A DNA stretch of 64,000 nucleotides. Origin: Oikopleura dioica. Taxonomy: Eukaryota > Animalia > Chordata. Position numbers and translations under genes: made by a program. The stretch is taken from contig OU015569.1 in NCBI GenBank assembly GCA_907165135.1, positions 4,526,001 through 4,590,000 on the forward strand, read 5' to 3'. The notes beneath the pieces are model-generated. The model was not told where the DNA came from. It worked only from the letters and a program-made list of their open reading frames with translations, and ran no database searches. Shown in pieces: positions 1 to 12,982 of the stretch. How positions within the stretch are numbered: the first letter of the stretch is position 1; each line of letters opens with the position of its first letter.

Positions 1-2366
1 CCTAATGGTGTCCAACCATCATCATTTCGATGGTTGATGTTTGCGCCTCTGTGAATCAAAAGTTGGATCATCTTTGTCTGTCCAAAGATGGCCGCTACAT
101 GACAGGCGCTCTCTCCAAACGAATTCAGACTGTAAACAGCGCTTTTATCTGCATGAATGATATCTTCTGCTGCAGCGATGTTTCCCAACCTAAAATTAAC
201 AAAAAATAAAAAAAGTATTAATGGACATCTGGAAAAAGCAACCTCTATTCGAAAACCTTTTGCAGATGGCTATCTTAGATAGCCTATCTACCCAATACAG
301 GGGAAACTTGAGCTAGAATACAGCTGTTTCCGGATTTTTATCATGATTTCCCTCCTATAAAGACCAATAATACCCCACAGAGTGTGCCCCTGCGCGATGC
401 TCTAAAGCGAAACATTATCAAATCCGCTAGGTGGTTCGAGGAAGTCCCCTATTTATCAAATAACAGTATATACGGTACATGATATACCAGGTACATGATA
501 TACCAGATACATGATATACCTTGCGATTCCATGAATTGTATGGAGACCCCCGCTGTTGAGGAGAAGAATGCGCATGTCTATGTTTTCGTTTGGCACCAGA
601 TCGAGCGAGCTTAGCCCCATATAGTTGATTCCATGTATCACGGACGGATCCAGCTCGAGCAGCATTGCAGCTGCTTTGATCCTGTTTGTGACGGCGAATA
701 GATGAAGAAGATTGTTCCCGTCTTCATCTAAGTACGGACTCGATATTTTATACCTTCAGTTTATCAAAGAAAGGGAAAACTTATCTTGCTCAATTAATGT
801 ATTTGGAAAAATTGAGCCGGACCTAGTGGTTCCGAAAAATATGACCGGAAGCGGAGCAGGACTCGTTTAAAAGACATTGATGAGGCGTTTTGGTTGTTGA
901 GTCCCAAGTAAGCGACTGGTGGAAGGTGATCTTCTCGATCTGTAGAACGAGGCATTTTTGGGTAGAGAACATCTATAACATCCGCGGATACCCACTGGGA
1001 AGCGCATTTCATAAGAGCTTCAATATCGAGGTCATCACCATTGCTCTCCAAAATATCTCTTATCACCTGAAACTGATTAGCCCAAGCGTTCAGAAAACAA
1101 GTGATACCTTTGGATTGTTAGATTGGCAGCATTCGTAAGCTAAGTTGAAGAATTTTTCAGCGCGCCTAAGCGAGTCGGAATACATCGGTTGGTCTTCCTC
1201 GAGTTCAAGAGACATTTTCGCGGGATACTCATTTTGATCTTCGCGCAGAGTTATTTCCCCAAGAGGAACTGACGGTCCAAAATAAACCACGGGGTTGAGT
1301 AATTTTGGACTGAGTTCCATTTTCTTCATTTGGTAGACAAGAATCAGTATAAAAAGCAGGTCAAAGACCGTGAAGACAACAAGGAGTTTGTCGAACCAGA
1401 AAAGGCAGCGGTAAGCGTTTTGGCTTTGGCAAGTTGTAGAAACTATTTGAGAGAAATCGTCTATTGTGAAGAATTTTGCTAGCTGTACTCTTTTCCGGGT
1501 TCCATTAATTTATTTCACAGCAGTTTCAATTAATCAATTTCGATATTGTTGTCAAAAAATGAATAAACATATATAAATATAAAACCCAACCCAAATCGTA
1601 TTGTGTGAAGAAAACATAAACAAACATTTGAAGCTATCGTCAAGGCAAAGATAATCTGAAGATCTTTCGCCAAGCTGTGTAATTGCTTTGCAGCAAACTT
1701 GAAGTCATAGGAAAGCTCTGCGTACACGTGGCTCATCAGAAGGATACAAGTCGTTAGATGTCTAGGAGACGGAATACGGCTGAATTTTTCAATACCGAAA
1801 TATAGAAGCCACAGTTGAAGTAAATCCGATAAATTGAGCCAGACGCAGAAGTCAAGTGCTGGCTTGAGCTCACGCTCGGAACGAAATCTAGATAATGGCC
1901 GTGATGCTCTGATGCAGCCGACTGTAGGAAGTTTGTTTATGAGGAAAATGGACTGAAGTTATTCTAGATAACAAACTTTCCTTGACACATAGAAAAGAAA
2001 AATACGGCCACAATCAAAAAGCACGGTAAGGATAATCCAGGAGCGGCAGTATCCTCTATGTACTCAACTTTTCCATAGGCGACATCGTTGAGGGAGTAAA
2101 GTAGGTTGACGCCTTCCATCAACGAGATCAAAAAGCAAAACTCCACTTGAATCAAGTAAATGCATCTTGTCGAGAGCGTTTGAGGCCATTCAAGTGCTCT
2201 GTCTCTGTTGTTTTTCAACTCTGAAAGTCAATTGTTATGATAAGTCGCCCATGTTTCTCTGACCTTTAAATACAGCGTTGATAAGCCTGTAGAATTCTGC
2301 ACCAAGCGCCAACAGCGTTACTGAAAGACATATCGAAAAAATCACGTTTATCTCATAATCAGACAT
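1..2366 (-). CDS. Multi-exon gene: ~7 predicted transmembrane segments followed by C-terminal ankyrin repeats (3' end runs off the window)
   Basis: Manual splicing: ATG 2366, GT-AG introns 2221-2263, ~53 nt near 1950-2000, one between ~1600 and ~1485, 41 nt near 1067-1107, 728-822 and 190-519. Gives MSDYEINVIFSICLSVTLLALG...LLVVFTVFDLLFILILVYQMKK...DEDGNNLLHLFAVTNRIKAAAMLLEL...IHGIAR|LGNIAAAEDII...FGESACHVAAIFGQTKMIQLLIHRGANINHRNDDGWTPL (ankyrin consensus). The junction near 1500-1600 is inferred. Confidence 0.7.
474..520. repeat. Three tandem copies of a 16-bp near-palindromic unit at an intron 5' splice site
   Basis: ggtacatgatatacca / ggtacatgatatacca / gatacatgatatacc. On the - strand each unit starts G|GTATAT, the donor of intron 190-519. 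Confidence 0.9.
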
Positions 2367-2927
2367 GTCGATCACATTTCAAGCGGATCCCATTTTCTCT
2401 TCTACGCTGCTATCCCCTCTCTCAACTAACTAGTCAACCGAAAATTTCTAGGGCGATTTTGTAGTAGTAATGCGCGCATTTCCCCCCGGGCAGAGTGAAA
2501 ATGCATACTTTCGCAAACATGTTAAAACAGGCTCACAGGTGATCCCAGCCTCGGATTGTGTAACTATTTCGAATTCCTCGCACGATCCTTTAATTTCGTT
2601 TTCTTGACTCAATATGGAAAATATACATTTCGCAAGCTTTACTCAAAATAATAGTAAAATACGACCGATTTAACATTACAACCAAGTTTCAAAATGTCTA
2701 AAAAACGCTTGATCTTCCAGTCTTAATATCTATTGATTGGATAGACAAACAAATAGAAATTATATCAAGTACGTGATGATCGGGATTTCCGGTCAACTAA
2801 ATTCATTCTTCTATTAGTAAGGAAGGAGCATTTTAATGATACTTCTCTCATCGTAAATATTTGACCAGTGAATCCGTGAATCTCCTAACAGATTCGCCGC
2901 GCTCCATCTGCAAAAAAATCAAAGAGA

Positions 2928-4048
2928 ATGGCGGAAAATCCGCTTTGCGTCAAGTCATTTTTCGATAAGAAGACACAGTCGGTTGCTGAGTTTCAGGTAT
3001 AAAATAGCTTTTTTTAATTGATAATACTAATATGGCTAGGAAACCCTGAAAAAACAAGAATGGTGGAGTACATGTGGACTTGAATCCGACCGCGCGCGGC
3101 TTTTACTCCCGGACTCGGGTCTCCTCGTTGCCTTCATGAAGTGGACTGAGACCGAAAAAGAAGTTCTTGGCCAGGTCAAGGAGTCGCTAGAATTTCGGGA
3201 AAAGACGAAACTCTACGAGCTTGAAGCTACAAAGCTAGCTCCATTCAAGCAGCCATTGTTTACAATTCAAGGCAAAACTAAAAGCGGAAATAGGCAGTAG
3301 TTCAAGCTTCTAATTAATGTCAAGAATACTTCAAAAATAATCTTTAAAACTGTATAAAGAACTATGTTGGTAGGATTATGTGGGTCCAAGTCCAGTACAA
3401 CGACCCTAAACAGTTGGAAGAGGGCAAGCGATGCCTGGACTATTTATTCGAGGCAATCACTAGGTAGGCATAAAGTACTACCACTCCTTCTAAATCAAAC
3501 ATTCGAAAGAGCTGAACCCAACAAACCAGTGCAAATCGTGCTCATCTTCAAAGGCGCTGGCATGTCTAATGTCTCCATCGATTTCATCAAACATCTCATT
3601 TACATAGGCGCGGCTCTGACTTAGCAGTACTTACTACTCAGCCAGAGATGAATTTTACTGAATTATTTAAATAATGATTAATGAATATTTAATTTTAAAG
3701 GATAAATTATTTGAAGATTATGTTTAATCCGCGTATAAGGAACGGCAATCTTCCCGCACTACATTTTCAAGATTACCGCCCTCGACATGCCTTGGATTTT
3801 CAAAGCGACTTGGGCTGTTATCAAGGCCTTCCTCACGGAAAAACAAAAACAGTATGCGTTTTAATTATTCTCACTTTTCAAATGTGTTTAGAATGGTGAA
3901 CTTTACAAGCTTGAGCGATTTTGAGAAAGAAGTCTCGAAGGACAACTGGATCAAAGTAGTCGGCGGAAGTCTGCCTGAAATCACTTTCGATGGGTCAGCT
4001 CCGATTCCAGAAGAACTCGGAGATCTGCGAAACTCTTTGAAATTTTGA
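2928..4048 (+). CDS. CRAL-TRIO (Sec14-like) lipid-binding protein
   Basis: Spliced translation MAENPLC...DSGLLVAFMKW...QGKTKSGNRQIMWVQVQYNDPK...RCLDYLFEAITR...VLIFKGAGMSNVSIDFIKHLIYIGTAIFPHYIFKITALDMPWIFKATWAVIKAFLTEKQK...VVGGSLPE matches CRAL-TRIO motifs. One intron (3608-3739) needs a GC donor. Confidence 0.85.
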
Positions 4049-4087
4049 AATAAACATTACTTGTCAATTTACATTTATTCAGATTAT

Positions 4088-4526
4088 TCACAGGGGCATT
4101 CGATCTTCTTGATCTCTTGCCAGCTTCTTTGAGCGGCATTCCAGGTGCGTTGGCCGCTTAGTATCGTAAAAGCCGAAATCAAGGGCGAAATCACACTCGT
4201 AAACGAAACGTACTAGCGTCAGGACGAAAAGGAGCAAGGCCAAAAACGTAAAAACAATTTCCGGCGCAGGATGGAATATCATAAATGTATGTTCTTCCGA
4301 CTAAATTCCCTTTATTTTATTTATAAAACAATTTTTAAAGGCATACCCATTTATAATAAATTTCTTCGTTGTTTTCAACTATTTCGTTTTCTCCTGGAAG
4401 ATCAGCACTATTAGTTTCCACTGCGCCTTCTCTGTTGGATTCTTTTTCTTGCAAATGTTCTTGCAGCGCCTCTTTGATCAACTCGATGAAGACCTTCCTC
4501 GAGAGTCTTGCATCGCAAGGCTCCAT
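4088..4526 (-). CDS. Small hypothetical single-pass membrane protein (two exons)
   Basis: ORFs 4335-4526 and 4088-4282 join in phase 0 (TGG|gtatgc...tttag|TCG): ...YYKW|SEEHTFMIFHPAPEIVFTFLALLLFVLTLVRFVYEC. No family recognised. Confidence 0.5.
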
Positions 4527-5761
4527 TCAAAATTACGATGATAATTCAACTTCACTTGCCTAAATACACACAATGCTCGACTTAAGTTGCCTTGATAAGC
4601 TTATTGTGAGTAATGTCCTCCGCGAGCTGTTGACACCTCTTTTAAAGACAAAAAGTACGTTGCCACGGTTCGTATCAATTGCCGTGAATAATGCTGATTG
4701 CAACGAGGGTCAGAATAATTATTCACAAGTAGAAATCTCGTGCGAGATTAGACCGACTTATGACGTTCTCGATCGATTCTGGCAAATCAAAAAGGAAAGA
4801 GCTACATTCATAGTAACAGAGAAATAGAGTATCCTTTTCAAAGAGAAAATGCTCGAAAGGTGGGCCTCCGACTAAGTCTGTTTCTAACTGTTTAGTTGCT
4901 CGAAAGGGTACTCAATGAATGAGGCACAAGCGTTTTTATTTGCTCCTTTCTCGCGGCGGGACCGTTTCTTATCGGGTTCAGGTGAGCAACCAGTAGCCTA
5001 AATTCTCAATTATCAGTGTGCACCTCATCGCTAAATTTTACATTCCACCGATCGAAAACCCAGAAATACTCCGTCGAAAAAGCGAGCAGGTGAGCTCATC
5101 GAGAACGCTTTTTCATCAACGAAACCCTATTTTAGCAGAACCGAATGTTAGAGATTCATTTCAAAAACTGCAAAGAAGCAAGCACGAATTTTTACAGAAG
5201 TCAGTCAATGCGTCGCTCAACAATTCCTCTTCATTAAATATAAAAACTTATTCTTTATTCTGACCTGACAAGCATGTAGAGGCTTTGACGATTGATAGAG
5301 TAGAGGATTTAATTTTATACAACAGTTTTTTTTTCGATTTGCTCGCTGGTACCCTTTTTTTCTGCATAAAAATTATTGATATAAAATGATCTTGGAGAGT
5401 GTGTACTTATTGTATGATTTATTTATTATATAGACGCGAAAAAAGCGTAATAAAAGGTAACAGTAGCTTCAACATAACTGTTTATGATAACTGGAGAATT
5501 TACAGTTTTTTACATGGCCCGTTCTTTTTTAGAAGCCGACAAGCCGCTTGCTCGGTCGCAGCGGCATCAATTCAGCCCATTTACACCGGGCTAGGTGGAC
5601 GCACCCGAGCTTCCGATTCCAATACTAAAAAGAAAGAGTCTGTTAGATAAATTATTTTCAACGTCTCTGTAGTTTGTATATTATTCGAATATCATATCAG
5701 TTCAGTCATCATAAGTATATACAATCAGATCAGGTTTAGTTTAGGCAATGAGTCGAAATTA

Positions 5762-7442
5762 TTATTTATAATTGTAAAATACTATGTAGAGAGGGTCAGA
5801 AGTCGTCGCTAAATTCTTGCTCGTCGGAGGAATCTGACAAGTCGTCGAAGTCGTGAGGCGAAGGTTCGGCAATCGGCGGGCTCTTGATTTTCTCCATTTG
5901 CTGCTCGTATTCATGATTGATTCTCTCCATCTGAAAAGTGTCACACAACCGTCAAGCGAAAAAGCCGAATGTACCTTGATATACGGCATGGAGTCCTCGA
6001 GTATTCTCTTGCTCACCATGCTTCCCGAGACTTTAGGGTCGAGCCCTTCCTTGTCAATATCCACATATTGCACCCGCCCCATTTCGTTTCTTTTCATTCG
6101 CTTATTCAGCTGAAATGCTCAATTTACAAAAAAGAGAGAGGCCGATGGATTCTTACCTTGAAATTTTTGGTGCAGGTAACTTCATGCTTGTTCACGAGAG
6201 TGGTAAGCTGCTCGATTTGGCTGGCTCGAGTTTTCTCGGTTAGAGACGTTTTACCCTCTAGAAAGTAAATTTTCGTAATCTTGGTAACGAAAAAGTCATA
6301 GATGAAGTGTCGCAACTTGTGCTTTCATCCAAGATAAGAAAAAGAAAATGGCTCGTACTTAGTTTGTCAGCAAGCGAGAGTTCATACGAGCACCAAGTGT
6401 TCGAGCAAAACATAATTAGCTCATCATTTCGAATCTTCTCGTCCTTTAAAGATTTGCCCTTTTCCTTCTTTCGAACACAGGATTCACAAGTGTAGACGTC
6501 CTTGGCGGAAATATCCGCAGCTTCCGGCGCGCAGTTCCCGCAAATCCACTAATAACAACCTCGCGCCAAGAAAAAAAAAATATTGAAAACTTACGTGCTG
6601 ACAACTATCGCATAGTACGTGAACAAGATCTTCGGACATCCTACTGAATGTCTTTCGACAGGTAAAGCATCGCTTCTCATCGTGAAACTCAGTTTCGTCT
6701 TCATCAGTTTCTTCCGTCTCATTAGAATTGGCTTCATTAGGTTTTTCGCTTTCCGAAGGTTTTGATTTCTTTCTTTTCGCGCGAACTGGAAGCTTTCTTT
6801 TTCGCTTCTCGCTCTGAAAATTTAAGATATCAATATCGAATAATTTATAATGATTCTTTAGATTAGATAGGCCATATAATATGGCTTTTACGACATAATG
6901 GGGACATCACCATAAAAATAAAGACTGTGTTTTTCTTATGGGGCAAAATTTAACTACCTTGGAGCTCCGCGTCGTGGGTGGTTTTGGCCCTTCAAACGAC
7001 TTCTTCTTCTTTCTCGGTTTGTCACCGTCTATCAGACGGGTAAGCGCCCGCGGTATGTGTTCCTCATTAGAAGCCTTTCGCTCTTTTTTCTGCTTCTTTT
7101 CCCCGTTTTTCTTTGAAAGTTTTTCTTTAGCTTCTTTCCAAGTTTTCAAAAGACTCGATTCCGGCGCCGTCTTCTCCGATTTTTTCTTTCTTTTGATAGC
7201 CGGCTCTTGCGCAACTTCTTTCTCCTTCTTCCTCTTTTCCTTACTGGGGCGAGGGCGTTTCGGTCTTTTTTGGACGATGCCGTTCCATTCCGAGTCCGAG
7301 TGATCCGAAGTCTGCGTCGTCCTCGTCTCCAGTTGCGCTCTTACTGTTAGAAGTTCTGACGAAGCTTCTTTCCTCGGCAGCGCGTGAATCTTCTCACAGA
7401 GCAAGCAAGTGAGATCTTCCGCCGCACCGAGCATCAACACTA
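5762..7442 (-). CDS. Lys-rich nuclear protein with a PHD-like zinc finger; 5' end unresolved
   Basis: Five exons splice in frame with GT-AG introns. Contains CFTC...CDSCQH|WICGNC...YTCESC (PHD spacing, Cys at the His position), the tail of a second Cys motif (TCLLC) and long basic NLS-like tracts. Confidence 0.7.
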
Positions 7443-7700
7443 AAAGGTCAAATAAATTTCAAAGCCATTTAATTTCATCCAATTCTCAAGACTTTTGCTA
7501 AACACCGCTCCAAAGCTTCTTCTCAGGTTAAAAATCAGCAAGACGCCGTTATCAATCCTAGTATTTTGAATTAAAACTATATTCGATTGAAATTTAATAT
7601 AAAAATTTTGGATAAATCTTTTGACTCTTGATATCCTCCTTCTGTAGTAGCTTAGTAAGGCGGCTTATCTAAAAAAAAGGCCTCCTGCGTTTTCGATCAT

Positions 7701-8296
7701 GACGAATTTCAATAAGGATTTCTGAGTGAAATCCTTACCCCCCTATTTTATTGGCTCATTGGAAAGAGCGTAAAAAGTTATCCTAGATTCGCCCAAAAAA
7801 GAATGAAATTTCCCTCGAAATGACGTCATGGCACCTGACCAGAGTTCCAAAGGTACCAAAACTTTGGACGCTCCGCATTTTCGATCTACTCTAGCTATCA
7901 GGGCGTGTGATAGTGAAAAATGATCGTCGCGACGAGAGCTATGCGTGCATCTAGGTTTCATCCCTTCAAAAATTTCTTTCAACCCTTTATCACTAGTACC
8001 CGATTTTCATAAAAGGGATGAGATTTTTTTCTAGGGATGAAACCTAAATGCACACCAAGATCTCGATCAGACGATCATTTTCATTTATTGCATGTCATGA
8101 TAGCTCAAGCGACATAAAAAAGGTAAGCGTCCAAAGTTAGATACTTTCGTAACTTCCGTCACGTGCTTTGACGTTATAAGTTCGAAAATTCGCCAATCTT
8201 TCCGACTCAACTAGGGTAATTTTTTACGCTCTTTCAGATGAGCCAATAAAAAAGGGGGGTAAGGATTTCACTCAGAAATCCTTATTGAAATTCGTC
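7701..8296. mobile_element. 596-bp foldback MITE (non-autonomous DNA transposon) with 3-bp target-site duplication CAT
   Basis: The first 44 nt (gacgaatttcaataaggatttctgagtgaaatccttacccccct) are the exact reverse complement of the last 44 nt, and ~86 nt of TIR differ at only a few positions. Interior arms are still recognisably inverted (aactttggacgct, agctatca, aggtttcatccct). CAT at 7698-7700 and 8297-8299. Confidence 0.85.
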
Positions 8297-9045
8297 CATA
8301 GATCTTCATTTTCGGTTAGAGTAAAAGCCGTACGCGGCTTTTGGGAAAGAGTTAGCTTTATTTACCGTGAATAAGGGAGCAGACTTTGCACCCAAAACTG
8401 TCGATGATGGGCATTCCGTTGATAACTGACATCTCCAGGAGAAGACCAATTCTAGTTGCTCTCCTCTATGTTTCTTATCTTATTTTTCAAAGTTCTTGAG
8501 GGACAGGAGGTTTCTCTTGAAAAAAGCTAGGAAATGGGTATCGCCCCATGCGCTTTCAATACTTTCACTATCACCATAAATTCGTAAGTCTCGTTTCGGC
8601 CAGCATTACTCAGGCGCCAGTCAGCCAATCCTCGCCCGCAGCAGTCCAAATACGCTACGTGGCCCTGAGCCACAAAATAATTTTACAAAAAAGTACCTTT
8701 TTTCGCTGACTAGACTTAAATTCAATTTCCTCAGGTATCAACAATGCTTTTGGAAGACGGCCAAAGAGAATTTATTAATGATCTTGTTATTGACGAATCT
8801 ATTAATTTACACACAATTTAAAGTGTTTTAAATCAAAGTCTACATAATATAAGTCAAGAATATAATATATTATTTATCTATTCAAACATACATATTTATT
8901 ATTATTCTAAAAAATTATCTGCCTCTTCGAGTTTAACTCACTTCTTCAGAAATTCCAGATAAGAACTTGGCTGAGAAGATGGCACCTGCTCGTCTTTGCT
9001 CCTGGAAGTTAGCGAAATGGACTCGCCAAAAAGAAAGAAAAAGAT

Positions 9046-9375
9046 ATGAAGCTTCTTGCGTTATTCGGGCTCTTAGCTTGTGCTTCTGGCGAAACGGTGA
9101 TCAAGTCTATACGAAAGGACTCGTCCGGAATGTACGGATTCACGATCCACACGAAGGCGAAGAGACGTCACTTCACAGCCGATGTCGTGGAGAACAGCCA
9201 GGCGGACAAGGTCGGCATTCCAGAGGGATGGAAAATCGTCGAAGTCAACGGCCAGGCTGTCGACGGATTGATGAATGAGGAAGTCGCCGAAATGATGACC
9301 GCCCAGGACGACGCAATTTTGTTACTGTCTGACGACACTGTTCTGTACAACGGAAGAGTCATTCACCAAAACTAA
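9046..9375 (+). CDS. Intronless signal peptide + single PDZ domain protein (109 aa)
   Basis: MKLLALFGLLACASG (n/h/c signal pattern), then RKDSSGMYGFTI (carboxylate-binding loop), NSQADKVGIPEGWKIVEVNGQAV and LMNEEVAEMM, a PDZ consensus. Confidence 0.85.
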   Translation: MKLLALFGLLACASGETVIKSIRKDSSGMYGFTIHTKAKRRHFTADVVENSQADKVGIPEGWKIVEVNGQAVDGLMNEEVAEMMTAQDDAILLLSDDTVLYNGRVIHQN

Positions 9376-9764
9376 AAAAATAAAAAGAATGATAAGGAAT
9401 GAGTGTTCTTTAGATTGCATCTGTAGTTGTTGCTAAAGCCGATTCTCGAAATCGCGCCAAAATGATCGAATCGGGCGAGGGCAGAACACTCAACGCAAAA
9501 ACGAAGCCCTGATTGCCACTTGCGCGCCCGCAGAGTTTTCCTTTCAATTTGTTGACTCACCAACGCAATAATGGCGGAATCCAACTCTAGGCAGCAGCTC
9601 CATCAGCTTTCCATCTCTAGTAAGCGCGGATTCCTTTTCTCCGTAAATATAAGTAGTCATTGTCAAAAGTAGCGTTAATTAGACTGAATAAGCCATCTTC
9701 TGGTTATGTTTTTAAAAAATTTTACAAAATTTGTATTTGATCTTTATTCATTTTTCAATTCAAA

Positions 9765-12765
<3,001 letters not shown>

Positions 12766-12982
12766 GTCCACTCTATTCCTTTCCAACTCACCGAAAAGTA
12801 ATAGCTACGGAAGACAAAACAACCTTTTGAGAGCCCAGATTGGCTCACGCTTATTTAAACTGTGCATTATCCAAATCCAGCATTTCTTCTGTTCTAACTT
12901 AAACAATTACAGTTACTCAATTAATTCCGCTTCAAAGAATAAACTGTAAAATCTTCCTCGAGGTAACATTTTGGACGCTAGA

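Noticed and set aside
2450-2520. U1 snRNA 3'-end-like sequence (attttgtagtagt...gcgcattccccc)
   Set aside because: No ACTTACCTG 5' end and no U1-70K or U1A loops; more likely part of the divergent promoter between the flanking genes.
4573-5300. Possible additional gene(s): + ORF 4573-4827 and exon-like minus-strand stretches at 4880-5260
   Set aside because: No motif, and no consistent start-to-stop splice model could be built by eye.
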